From assembly GCF_006345805.1 (NCBI RefSeq), contig NC_042999.1, positions 137,206,001-137,270,000 on the forward strand: a stretch of DNA of 64,000 nt, in the 5' to 3' direction. The notes under the pieces are model-generated. The model saw only the letters and a program-made list of their open reading frames with translations, was not told the origin of the DNA and searched no databases. This DNA comes from Octopus sinensis. Lineage: Eukaryota. Positions 1-13,046 of this stretch are shown here, in pieces. Positions within the stretch are counted from its first letter, which is position 1. Each line of letters begins with the position of its first letter. Both the position numbers and the translations under genes were made by a program.

Positions 1-1122
1 TGCTATTTTTATTTATCTAATCTTTAGTTTATATTGAGTGTGGTAGATAGTTATGGTATTATTTTCATTCTTACTCTTTAGCAAAACATGTATATCTGTC
101 AAGATATATAAAAAAGGGATTTATTTCTTCTCTTTAATGATTTTTTTTTTATGTTTGTCGATGAACCACTTAAAATAATTAGCCATCTAAAAAGAAAATA
201 AGGAAAATGTTTTAAAGACATTTAGATTATCGATTGTTCAATATACTTTGATAGAATTACTTTCAAATATTTAAATGTAGAGACATCAATCTTAGTAACA
301 ACACATAGCAAAGCCAAACATCGAGAACATTTCAAAAATTCTTTGATTGCATTCATAATTGCATGGATTTACATACATAGATACATACATTGTGTGCATG
401 TGTGTGTGTGAGTGTGGGGGAGGCTACACAGCTGCTGAATCACTGTTATTTAGTTTCTCACTTGATATGATCCATCAGGTGACAACATCAATTTGTTGAG
501 GAAGAATCTGAGTAGTGATAGTGAATCGTCAGCTTCATAGGAAAAAAAAAAAAAAGAAAATTTACATGTAATGAGAGCTCTTTCTCCCACATTTGTTAAT
601 ACACACACACATATACACACACAGTATATCTAGTTCATGATGATGATGCTGATATACACATACACAGTATATATAGTTCAATATATGATACAGTAAAATA
701 CAATATAAATAATTCTGTAATTTTTTATAGTGTTCATTCAATGAAAACAAGGTGGAAGGGGCTTTCTTGTCTTGTTGCAGGCAATCACTTTAGTGCAATA
801 GCTTGATAAAATAAACCTACTTCCTAGACTGGTGGCAGGAAAGGCATCCAGCCACAATAAAAGAAAAATGTAATGAAAATTCATGACATACACAACAGAC
901 TGATGGGTGCCTCTGTTGCTGTATGGCAGATGAACTGTTCTGAGTGGTGAGGCATTGCGGGATCTGTCCAACCTATACCACCATGAAAAATGGATGCAAA
1001 ATGATGGAAGTGATATTAAGTTGTACAAGATTCTGCAAGTACATATTGAATATTATAGTGTTTATGAGACACAAAATGTGTCTTACCACATTGATCAAAC
1101 CGTGTATGTGTATATTTCCACA

Positions 1123-3107
1123 TAGTTAGTTAGTTAGTTAATTTTTTGGCTCAAAAAGCAAAAAAGCAAGGCCATGTAGGGGGACATGGAGCTATGTACA
1201 GGGTGGTGTTCATGTAAAGAGTTCAGGCCACTTGTGGTCAAGGGAGACTTTGAACCGAGCGGTCGTCGGCATCTTCACCATCTCGTCTGGCAGCTTATTC
1301 CACGGATCCGCAACCCAGACGGAGAAAGCCCCTCTCCTTCGATTGAGATGAAATCGTCGCAGATAGAGCTTTTCGGAATGACCCCGCAGCCGACGCTCTG
1401 GAGCAGGAGTGAAGAACAGCTCCTTTGAGAGGTTACACTTTCCACTTATGATGTGAGCAAGAATGAGATCACCACGGCGTCGTTGTTTTTCTAGAGAATA
1501 TAGGTCGAGCGTCTTCAGCCTTTCTTCATAAGACAAACTCTTGAGACCAAGAACCATGCGGGTAGCCAGCTTCTGGACTCTTTCGAGATGCTGTATGTCT
1601 TTGAGGAGATAAGGAGAAGAGGCTTGAATCCCGTACTCCAATATGGGTCTCGCCAGCGTGACATAGAACGGTAAGAATATGGCTGCTGTGAGCATTCCGA
1701 ATGACCGTCGAATCAAGAACAGAACTCCGCATGCTTTGTTGGCAGCATGGACACACTGGGCTGAAGGCGAAAAGGAGGAATCCACCAAGATACCCAGGTC
1801 CTTTACCTGATCGGTCCTCTCCAGCAGCAGATGACCTGGCTCGAAATCAAGTTGAGTTGCAGGAGGAGAGCCAACAGGCAGATGACAGCATTTTGACACG
1901 TTCAGACACAGGTCCCATTCGTTAGACCATCTCCAAATTTGGTGGAGGCATCGACGAAGATCCTCTATATCACCGCGAGTAGCGACCAGTTTGACATCGT
2001 CGGCAAATAGAAGGGTGTGTTACGTGAGGTCATCGGGCATGTCATTTATGAAGACTAAGAACAATAAGGGCCCAAGCACTGAACCTTGAGGCACGCCACT
2101 GCGCGCACTGGAGACGTCGGACCGCGAACCATTAACTTGGACTTGGAAGGAGCGATCTGAGAGGAAGGCACCAACCCATCATACAATATCCAGATGGAAA
2201 CTATATGCTTGAAGCTTGACAAGTAATAGGCGGTGGTTTACCGAGTCAAAAGCTTTGGCAAAGTTCAATAAAATGATGTCAACAGCATCACTATCATCGA
2301 GGATGCGCGTCACCAATTCTTCCATTACCAGTAAGTTGGTCAAGCATGATGATCTCTTCGGCACGAAGCCGTGTTGGGAATCAGAGATAGAGGCTGTGTT
2401 TTGGAGGTGGAGCATCATACTTTTCTTAAGGATGGTTTCGAACGTCTTGCTGATTATTGATGTAAGGGAAACCAGTCGGTAGTTAAGCGGGTCTTCGCGG
2501 CTCCCTTTCTTGAAAATTGGGCAGATTATCGCTGTTCTCCAGTCCACAGGTATAACACCCATTGCCAATGACATATTGAATAAATGTGTTAAGGGCTCAC
2601 AGATGACCGGAGCCAACGCTTTGATAACTCGTGGGTGTATGCCGTCAGGGCCGTGACCCTTGTTGACATCGAGGCCTTGAATAACGTGTTCGACTTCGTC
2701 CCGCGTGATGACCAATCGAAGCATTGGAGGTACCAATCTATCAAATGGAGGGGGTTCACAACCATCATCTTGTTTGAAAATAGTTGAAAAAGCCTCCGCA
2801 AATAATTGACTCTGTTGATAAGGGTCCTCAATCGATATGCCTGTTGAGTCTACCAACGTTGTAATTTGGTTGTTCAAGTGGGAATTCTGTTGGACATAGG
2901 CAAAGAAGGTTTTTGGATTGCTACTGACATTTGCCGCGATTCTGTATTCATATCTGAAGCGTTCTTCCTTTTCAATTTTCATGGCTCAGTCTCGTTGAGT
3001 TTTGTACACCTCAAAAGCTGCAGTCGAATCCAGATTTTTGAATTCAGCCCAAGCAATATCTCTGAGTCAAAGTTCTCGTTTAACCTTCTTCGTCACCCAG
3101 GGCTCCA
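1123..3107 (-). mobile_element. 5'-truncated CR1-clade non-LTR retrotransposon (RT and C-terminal region), disrupted
   Basis: ORFs 2179-2982 and 1210-1899 plus the linking sequence give GPDGIHP, QHGF...SCLTNLL, FAKAFDSVNH, GVPQGSVLGPLLF, LFADD (1996-2007), KDLGI, LERVQ, RRRGDLI, RGH and WNKLP. Two in-frame stops and a frameshift; (TAAC)n 3' tail at 1123-1141. Confidence 0.95.
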
Positions 3108-6100
3108 ACATACATGCACATATATATGTTTATGTAAATATAAAATGTAGTTTCATGTAGTTGTGTTTACGATAAATCTGTGTGGCCAGGGTTCAAACCT
3201 CTTCTTACTGTTATAGAAGTATAGATACAAGATTTAAGTAAAATTGAAAAGTTCAGTCAAAAATTTAGAACTGAACTATGGAATCACTTTACTGATCTCT
3301 CTCTCTTCCCCTCTCTCTTGCACTTGGATATCCTATACATTTATCTATCTGTCTGTACAGTTTATATCTTGCATCTTTGTTGCTTGTGTGATTTCTGGGT
3401 GAGAATTTGAATTCGTACATCATAACCTTTGAAGAAATTAACACAAAAGTTATAAGCACAGGAAATAATTTTTATTCAGAAGAATTTTTAATGGATTCTG
3501 ATTGAAAATAAATTTGTGATAACATTGGTGGATTGAGTCTATGAAACTGAAGAATTTGAACTATCAGAGTAATTTACCTACTTACTGTCATGATTATTTT
3601 GAATTAGAGCTAAGCTTTGTTTCATCTTTAATATGTGTGAAAGCCTGGGTGAATGCACATAAATGTACATTGTGAATGGCTCTAACGGATATTGTTTATA
3701 TGAAAGATTTTGACCATTTTGCAGTATTCTATTCAGTTTATTGCAGTATTATATCCACTTTACTAAAAAGACAAGGTGGGTCTTGCTGCAATTTTGCACT
3801 TGTAGGTTTTGTTGAGTTTAGAAATATCTGAAAGGCTAAGACTAATAGATTTTATTAAACCTATTCAATGTCTTTGAAGGATTTGGTACTAATGTATTTG
3901 CTCTATATTGTTCATGGTCTTAAAAGGCTTGAAGATAATAAATTTATTAAAATCTAGACTGAAAATGAGCTACTGCAAACTTTATCAATAGTAATCCATT
4001 GAGATATATTGTCCTGAATGGAGTTTTAGTCAGTGTCATAAGTTTCATAGTTGTAATATGCATTCTCAACAGTTGTAATAAATTTTTAAATAATCCACAG
4101 GTATTCATGCAGTTAAATGAAATTCATTTCACAGTCTAATGAAATACTGGCAAGTTACATATTCTATTGTTGCTTAATTGATGATCAGGCAAGATGCATG
4201 GTCAGAGGCATTCCAGCCATAAATCTCCTGCCTTTGTAGTGTAGGATCACTTTATTGTCTATTGTTATCTGAAGTGGATTTGGTTGTTTTACTTGCAACT
4301 GGGCAACCACTTACAAGCTTCTTAAAATAGAAGAGAGACAAATCCTCTCTTGGATGTAATAGCAAGTTGCTTTTCCCATGGGATTTATTGAGTTTGTCAT
4401 TTGCAAGCCATAAATTCACTTGTCAATCTTATAGTGCAGCAGCTGCTGTCCATTGCAGTGAATGTTGCCCCCAGAACTAAGTTAAATTTAATCGTAGGGA
4501 GTAAAGTATCTTGCCAAAGAACAATACAAAGATTGCTACAGAATGAAAGCCACTGATTGCTTAGCTGGTCATTCAGTACTATATCAGATGAATTATTCAT
4601 ATTCTTTAAGTTTGAGTTTTTATGAAGAAGTTCATGTATTGTTATGGCATTTCATGTGATGAACACTTCATTTAAATCTAATGATAATTAACTTGTTAAT
4701 TTATTATTTTAAAAATATTTTATATTTTATGATTTTTCCTTTTTTTTTTATAGCAGTATAAAAGCTCCCTGTGTGAAGAGAACATCTGTCAAAAATATCT
4801 ACTTAAGAGCTTCAATTATAATATTTTTATAAAAATAGCCAGTAATTGTAAAATTTTGTTTTTAATTTCTTCCACTAATTTATAAATTAAAACAAATTTA
4901 AGTAATTTAATTTCAAAATGACCAATTTTATTTGTTTTTTATTCATCTAATTTTAATTAAATTTTTTAATTCACCATAGAAATATTACAAAATTAAATAT
5001 TTAAAAAATTTATTTTGCTTTATTTTCCTTTTATATTTTACTTTTATTTAAATAACAATGACTACAGAGGTTTTTAAATTGCTTTCAATAGTTGTAAAAT
5101 GCTATATTCTTAAGGCTGTTTTCTTTTGTTTTGTACTATTAAACATTGTTTGAATTATAAATAGGTCGCATGAGTTTATTCAATTAATGAACAAACTTTA
5201 GTACAATACTTAATTAACATGTTCGTTTCAATTTTCTTTTTTGTGAATTGATAAAAAGTTCTTATTTTGAATGAAATAACTGTCAAAGATTCTTAAAATA
5301 TTTCTCTGTTCCATATCAAATTTCTGATGTTAGTCCTAGAACTTATCTTAAACTATTCATTATTCAAAGTTTTTTCTTTTTCCTTTCTCTGAAGTGACCC
5401 TGCCAGAGTTTGTATTGCCTTTCATTGTTCCAAGGTCATAAAAACATTAAATTTATTGTTGCTAAAGATAGTAGGTATTTTTCAGAGTCAATGGATTTTC
5501 ATACTTCAGTAGAATTTTTTTTCTAACTCTGTTTTTACTCTATGAAGCCTAACAAGGATTAAAGGAATTATAAAATCATTTTCAAGAATATGACCTAGAA
5601 ATCAAGAGACTCAGTCTTCAGTGATAATTCTTATATTCTTGTAATTATCAAAAGTTCTAAGACGAGCTGTTTTGATGATAATTTTTCTGATGTAGACATC
5701 AGTAATACTTAAAATATATTTTCATTATGTTTATTAGTTTGATCTTCAGTCATTATCAGATGTAGGTGTCTTATTTATGGATTTATGCATAGTCCCAGAT
5801 TAGATTTGAACTAGGAACCCTTGTTTTTTAGAGGGTCTATTAATCTGTTTGTTAAAGGCTCCATTTCACATCCTCTTTAGGACAATGTAGATATTCAGGA
5901 GTAAGACAGAAGCATAGTATGTGAATACTGAATGCACAACATTTAATCTATAGCCCAATATCAATAAGCTGCCTGTGAACCAAACATGGAAACAGGGTTC
6001 TATCAGCAAATGTTCCTTTGATGGCATGTGTTTGTTAAACAATTCCTCTAAAACTAAATTTTGAGAATTTGGTTAATTCTCAGTAAAAATATCTTGTTTT

Positions 6101-9100
6101 TAAGTTCAACATAAATCTGTTTATAACCTGCTAACCTTAAACTTGCTTTATATATAACTCTCTTAGGAGCAGTGAAACATTAAAATATATTGGAAGTCTT
6201 GCCTTCCCCTATCAACTATATCATTGCTAACCTGTCACTCTCTCCTTACCTACATACTCTCTTCTGCACCCCTTTATACTCTTCAACTCGTGACTCATTG
6301 GTCATCACCCTTCAACCCTACCACACTCTTTTTGACAGCTGCACACTGTTTCCCATCCCCCTCATCTCATGTTCTTCATATAATCTTGCTATCTCCTTAC
6401 CCACTTCTACTTGCCCTATACCTTGTGTTGCTACCTGGGCACCTCATATCTGATATTTATATCTTCGCAGCTCCTCCTACTCTTTCCCCACTCACCACTA
6501 AATATGAGTAACCTTGCAGCCCTTATTCAGTAACCTGTTCTGTCCACCCCTTTTTCTCTTACTTTAACCCCTCACCTCCTAGCGTAAAGTGGACTACCCC
6601 TTTTCTCTGGGTTTTTAGTCTTGCGAGTTTCATGACAACAACCTAAATAGTGCAGGTGGAATTTTAAAAAAAAAAACGGTACTCACTGTTGGCATTAGGA
6701 ATGGCATGGAGTTGTAGAAACCATGCCAAAGTATATATTGGCGCATGATGCAATCCCTGGATCCAACAGATCCTGTAAAACCATCCAATCCATGTCAGCA
6801 TAAAACAAGGACATTAAAGGCTGATGGTGATATTTGGTTGTTGAGTAAAAGCAAAATTAAAAGTAATTTGGATTTTATTTTTCTTTCATCTTAATTACTG
6901 TAATCTTCAAGTTATATACTAGAAGTTATTTTATAAATGTTGTTGTGTGGAGATATTCATCTTCCTTTAAAATTTTGAGTGGTAGATATTTTGAAAAATT
7001 CAAGTTCTACTATTAAAGTTTTAAAATCACTTCAAAGAAGATTCAAATTTTTATTTTTGTGGTCGCAATACTACTTCATAGAAATAGAAAATTGATCAAG
7101 TAGATAAAACCAATGAATAGTTGCTCTTTTTCCTTTGGGAACAATTCAGGCAAACAATATCAAAATTTTTGTATTCAGGCAAACAATATCAAAATTTTGT
7201 ATAAAGCATTTCTTTTATTCACTTGGTATATCTGATTTCTTCACTCAACTCAATGACGTGGTCTCTATCTGACCAATTCTAGCAATGTTGCCTACAGTTT
7301 TTTATACAATTGTGAAATGTTATCTTATATTCTAGTGGTTTTGCAATTTAGCTAAAAAATTTTTCTTGTTAAAAAATAGGAAATAAACATTCCATAAATG
7401 AATTTGAAACTGAAGAATGTTGTAAATTCAAACAAAGAAAGTAGTTATGAATCAATAATACCAATAATTTGGTTTGAAACAGAGCTGCCATAACTGTACT
7501 ATATATGATGTGTATATGATGGATATTCAGAATGAGTGGGAACAGTGTTGCAAGATGATATCTGTGGGATTAGAGAATGATAAAAATAACTGGCAAATTA
7601 ATGCTTAAAAGTAGAAATTTCTTTATATCTAAATTTATGAAAGATATAGACAGACATCTTGGTCCTAGGGAAAACTTACTAAACGGCCATGTGATCATAA
7701 TTTCAAAAAAACTGTTTTAATTTTTTTTTATTGTGCTTTTCAATAATGGATATTACTCTTTCTTCAGTTTGTCTAACTGGAAACAATAAGAAGTATTAAT
7801 TCTGATTCATATATTATATCTGAATGGTTTAGTGATAAGAAAGACCCAACTGTAAGGATATTTACTCCAACAATATTGATGATGTCAATGTAATGAAGGA
7901 GCCTCTAAGAGATTACTTGCTCTGTTAGAAATAGTAGCCAGATGGAAATCAAACCACACCTTATTGCCTCAGAAGGACAAGTTAAATGTTGTGATCTGAG
8001 GTGGGGAGGGGGGAGATGAAATGGTCATAGTTTGAATGCCTTTGATTGCAAGTCTGCTCAATCAGAGCTGATTTGGTGCTAAATAATAGCAGTTGTGTTT
8101 CCTATCTAGGAAACCTTTCATTAAGAGCCTCTATTTAGTCATTTGACTTGCTAGAAATAGCAATCAAATTTTAAAATTCATCTTGAAATAGGAAGGACAC
8201 ATTAAAGAAATCCTAACAACAACACTTCTGAAAAAATTATCATCAGTCTTTTCAGAATGATTGAAGTCAACAAGGAATCTTCTTTGTAATCACTCAAACT
8301 TCTGGTAACAGCAGCCAAATCTCCCTCAAATCATGTTGTCACCTTAAAAAAGAAGGGATACATTACACAATGCAAAATGGCATTGACTTGAACATATTTG
8401 ACCCTGGATTTGTTGGATTAGGAACTAAACAATGAGTTCGGGCATGGTTTGTGGTTAAGAAGTTCACTTCACAATCACCATGGTTTTGGGTTTCATCTCT
8501 CAACAGAATAACTTGGGTGAGAATTTACTACCACATCTTTAACTTGTGAATAGAATATACTTGACAAAAACTGCATAATCTTGGTGTGTTTGTGTGTAAG
8601 ATCATTGCCATTTTACATCAGGTTGGTCATTACTATCTGAATCAGTTTATGTTTGGAGTTACTTATTTATGCGATGGCTTGCACCATGTTGCATTCATGC
8701 ATTCTATTTTTGGCAAGATTTTAAAGGCTAGATGCTGTTTCTAACAACAGGTGTACTTTATTGTGACACCAGAACTAGAACTTATCAGATCCTCAATGAG
8801 ACTCAAGTGCTCTCTCAACCTCATGCTTGTTACTGCTTATTTGCCAATCACTTGACAGTGTATTTGATGCATCTTATCAAGGCACATATGAGGTTGAGTT
8901 GTACCTCAAATGACAAGAGTATGCACTAGTCCACATTCTCAGTTGTTCAGGGTAACATGACTTACAAATTGAACAGAAAGGTCAGTTGTGAAAAATGAAC
9001 TAGACGAGAGGGAGTAAGAAAGAGGAGTATGAAGGAGAAAACTGTGAGAAAGAATGGAGAAATGAGAGACAGTAATAAAAGGAGTAATGGAAGAAACAGT

Positions 9101-11088
9101 GATGTCGGTGTAATGAAAAAGAGCCACATAATAATGGTAGAGAGTAATAGAGAAAGCAAGAGATGGATAATCATAAGAATGGCCAATGGTAAGAGAGTGT
9201 GATGGATGTCAATGAGTTATTTGGGAAAAGGAGGAATGGTGGCTATAGCAGTACAGAGGGTAGTGTTAGTTGGTAAGAGAAAAATGTTATCAATAGACAA
9301 TAGTAAGAATGATAGATGTCAATAAGGAGTGATCTGAGGAATGGGAGTAATGGCTAGCAGTACAGGAGGATAAATAGGAAAGTGTATTGGATACCAATAG
9401 ATCAGATGTATTCCTCACTCATACACAAACACGTGCACACACTCTCACATGTAATGTGTACAAGTATGAATGTGTGTTTTTACTGATGTATATTGACAAA
9501 GATTATAAAACATCATTGAGAAATTGAAAAATGAGTGCTCTCTGAATTACCTCTTGTGATAGTTGATCTGGTCTAAGCTACACACACACACACACACACT
9601 CATGCTCTTATCACTATTGGTGTTAGAAATGCTGTGGACTAGTGATTGGCTCATTGGAAGCCTGGAACCATTGACACTATTTCTCACCAATTGTTACATA
9701 AAATACACCAACAACAACTTCTGAAATAGTCTTGACCATGAACACAATGCTGCACTGGTAACAGGTCACCAGCTAACATTCTTTTCATTGTTGCTCTACT
9801 ATTATATCAACTTTTGCAGCTGCAACTCTGAAATGAAGGCAAAATTGTGAAAAGAAAAATTGTAGAAATGGCATATTCAAAATCAGTCAAAAGTTATCTG
9901 TTTTTTACTGCAAATTCTTGGATATCAAATTATGTTTTGTTGCCTGGTTCTCAGTTTCCATGAACAGTCCATTATTGTACAAAATTTGTTACATGAAATA
10001 TTTCTGTCCAGCTGTATAAATATTTAAGAATTTTCAATGTCTGGCTTTATAATCTAGAAAATTGAATTTATTTTTCTCTATTATTACATTTTAACTCTTT
10101 TTAGTGAATCTTTGTTTACAGTAACAAAATCATTTATTTATTACTCTTATTATATGGGAGGGTGATAAGTGGAGTGAAAGGAATGCTAGTGCTGAATTAT
10201 CAGATTTTGTTTTGTCACTCATTTTTACATTCTAAATTAAAATACTTCAGCCATTAACTTAACCTTTTAGTCTTATGTTTTCCCACAAGATTCATTCATG
10301 AAAATAAATCCCAGGCATATAATTGACTAACTCTTTCCTGCAAATTTGTAGTTTCATCCTTAAGTGAGACACAATCATCATTATTATCATTATCAAAAAG
10401 TGATAGTGCCAAACTAAATTTTTTAAAGAATCTAGTTGTACTTCTTAACATTCTATTCAAATTATTTTAAGATCAATGTAGACTTGCCTCACTCTTGGCT
10501 CAATAAAATATATACTGATTATAAAATTGTTTGATTCAGTCAACTGTAATCTTCCTTCACAAATCAGAGACATTCATTATTCTAATAAGTGCAGTGATTA
10601 TTGTTATTTCAAAACAATATTTTGCAGTATTTACAAAGCTTTACATTCTGAGTTCAAACCTCACCAGGGACTTTTCAACCATTCAGTGACTAAGTCAAGT
10701 ACTAGGTTTGGTCTAAATAATTATGTTCATCCCCCAAATTTAGTCTTATTGCTTTGGGAAGAATTATTTTAATATGAGATGAAATGTAATAGAGTTGATG
10801 CAATAACTAAAAGTATTGTACTGGAATCAATTCTATCTACTATACTCCTTTCTTATAAGTTTGTGTACTTTTGCCAAAGTTAGAAATTGTTAGTGTTGTT
10901 ATTATATTTCAAATCCCATCGGAGTAAACTTTGTTGTTCATCCTTTCAAGGTCAATAAAATAAAATAAAGTACTGGTCAAGTACTGTAATCAAAGGCTTC
11001 AACTATTCCCTCCCTCAAATTTCAAACCATTTACTTATTCTAGAAACATTTACATTGGGCAGAGAGATGGTAGAAGTTTTAATACCTT

Positions 11089-11197
11089 GGTCACCCTATG
11101 ATCCAAGGTTAGCACAGCAGGCCATCCTGCGAGCCATGAAGTGAGTTCATGGCTCGCAGGACGGCCTGCTATGCTAACCTTGGATCATAGGGTAACC
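11089..11197. repeat. Near-perfect 109 nt hairpin (52 bp arms, 5 nt loop, 3 mismatches)
   Basis: ggtcaccctatgatccaaggttagcacagcaggccatcctgcgagccatgaa-gtgag-ttcatggctcgcaggacggcctgctatgctaaccttggatcatagggtaacc. Confidence 0.97.
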
Positions 11198-11597
11198 TGC
11201 TGTGCTTCACAAGACCTACTGAGTCAAGTACATTTACATCATCAAAATAAAAATCAAATGGAAATTGTAGTTGTGACACCCATGCCAGTGGCACGTAAAA
11301 AGCACCATCCAAACATGGCCGATGCCACTGCCGCTTTGACTGGCATCAATGCCGGTGACAGGTAAAAAGCACCAACCGATTGTGGCCATTTGCCAGCCTC
11401 CTTTGGCTCCTGTGCCAGTGGCACATAAAAAGCACCCATTACTCTCACAGAGTAGTTGGCGTTAGGAAGGGCATCCAGCTATAGAAACACTGCCAGATCA
11501 GACTAGAACCTGGTGCAGCTTCTTGGTTTCCCAGACCCCGGTCAAACCATCCAACCCATGCTAGCATGGAAAATGGACGTTAAATGATGATGGTGAT
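11146..11597 (+). mobile_element. Older 5'-truncated RTE 3'-end copy
   Basis: tgctgtgcttcacaagacc resembles the ORF2 end (YAVREKT). Followed by aatggaaattgtag..gtggcacgtaaaaagcaccatcc units and the ttaggaagggcatccagc...catgctagcatggaaaatggacgttaaatgatga tail. Confidence 0.8.
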
Positions 11598-11600
11598 GGA

Positions 11601-11767
11601 CAAAAATGCTCAGCAGTATTTCTTCAAGCTTTACATTCTGAATTCAAATTCTGCCATGGTTGACTTTGCCTTTCATACTTTTGGGATCAATAAAATTAGA
11701 GCCAGTCAAGTACTGGGATCAATATAATCAACTACCTCTTTCCCCTAAAATTTCAGGCCTTGTGCTT
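11601..11767 (+). mobile_element. SINE family A copy (other copies at about 10640, 10900, 13370, 14780, 15570, 16900, 17330, 23860, 29060, 29860, 41290, 43750)
   Basis: ttctgaattcaaattctgccatggttgactttgcctttcatacttttgggatcaataaaatt: B-box-like motif plus shared core. Confidence 0.8.
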
Positions 11768-12385
11768 ATGGATTATTACAATGTTGCTGTTTTTAAATGT
11801 TTTCTTGCAGCTTGTCTTAGAGCTGCAGTGCTGTTCAAGTGAAGTCTTATACTGGGGACCTGGTAATATTAAGCTTCTTCCAGTTGAGCAATGCAGTTTT
11901 GGAGGAAATATCCATACTTTTGTTTTATAGTGAGCTAATGAAGAGAATGAGTGACAATTTACTAAAGAAGACCCTGAACATTAATTAAAATCAGCTTAAT
12001 AGTTTATTCCAGAGAACTTTCACACCAGGGCCAAAGCGTAGCTTCTGCAACCTAATAAAACTGCCAAACTAAAGATTGCTAGTCTGATTTGGGAAAAGTT
12101 TTATAGGTAATGAATTATCAGTTGGTCCCTGTCTCGGATACAGAAAGTGTACAAAACAGTTGGCAATGTTGAAAGGTTATTGTCTCTTGTAGGACAGCTC
12201 TGGTTGTTGTCTGGTTCCTGCCTTTTGCAGTGCAAGACAAGCAGTATTCTGTTTGGTGGATGTCTTTGTAAGGTTTGAGGACAGATCTTTACTTCTCTAA
12301 TCAACTGTTCAGCTTTTTCAAATATTACTTGAAAGTAGAAACGTTGCCCTCAAACAAATTTCATGAATACTGAGTGATAATGGTA

Positions 12386-12431
<46 letters not shown>

Positions 12432-12669
12432 CAGATAAAGAGAGAGTGAGTAAGAGCCAATTCTCAACTTCTGCATGTAAGTTGCAATCAAGAGAGCAGG
12501 AAGTACTGAAATGTAAGTTGATTAGTTGTGTGGTGGTCTGTCCTCCTTAGGTAGTGATTTCCCACCTCTTTTTAGGTGGATATTTTTTTTTTGATATTGT
12601 ATTTAAACTTTTAATGTTTTTTATCATGTATTGTCTTTCACCTGTTTATATATGTGCATTGCTTATATA

Positions 12670-13046
12670 AAGCACAGGCATGGCTGTAGTTGAGAGGCTT
12701 GCTTCCAGTTTCCAGTCCCTCTGTGTGACACTTTGAGCAAGTGTCTTCTGATATAGGACCAAACTGACCAAAACTTTGCAAGTAAATTTGTTAAATGGTA
12801 AATAAAAGAAGCTTGTGTGTGTTTAACATCGTGTGATTGTTGTAGACAAGTGTTACTGTCATACAAGAAGTTTTCTTTTCCAATGTTCCATGAAAACCTG
12901 ACCAGCCATAGGAAAATATTACCTTACTTGGAAACAAGTGAGAGTTGGCTACAGGAACAGCATCTAGCTGTGGAAAAAATGCCTCAAATTCCTTCATGCC
13001 CATTTGAGCTTGGAAAAGTGGACATTAAAACAATGATGATGATGAT
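12670..13046 (+). mobile_element. Full-length CORE-like SINE (family C): tRNA-like head, core, internal (GT)n, RTE-like tail
   Basis: cactttgagcaagtgtcttc core (compare CORE ACCTTGGGCAAGT); ends ggaaaagtggacattaaaacaatgatgatgat like the RTE 3' end. Confidence 0.7.

Noticed and set aside
11811-12380. Exon-like blocks (LVLELQCCSSEVLYWGP; GNELSVGPCLGY...) and a possible Tc1-like remnant
   Set aside because: No coherent spliced product or recognisable transposase motif; stops in all frames.
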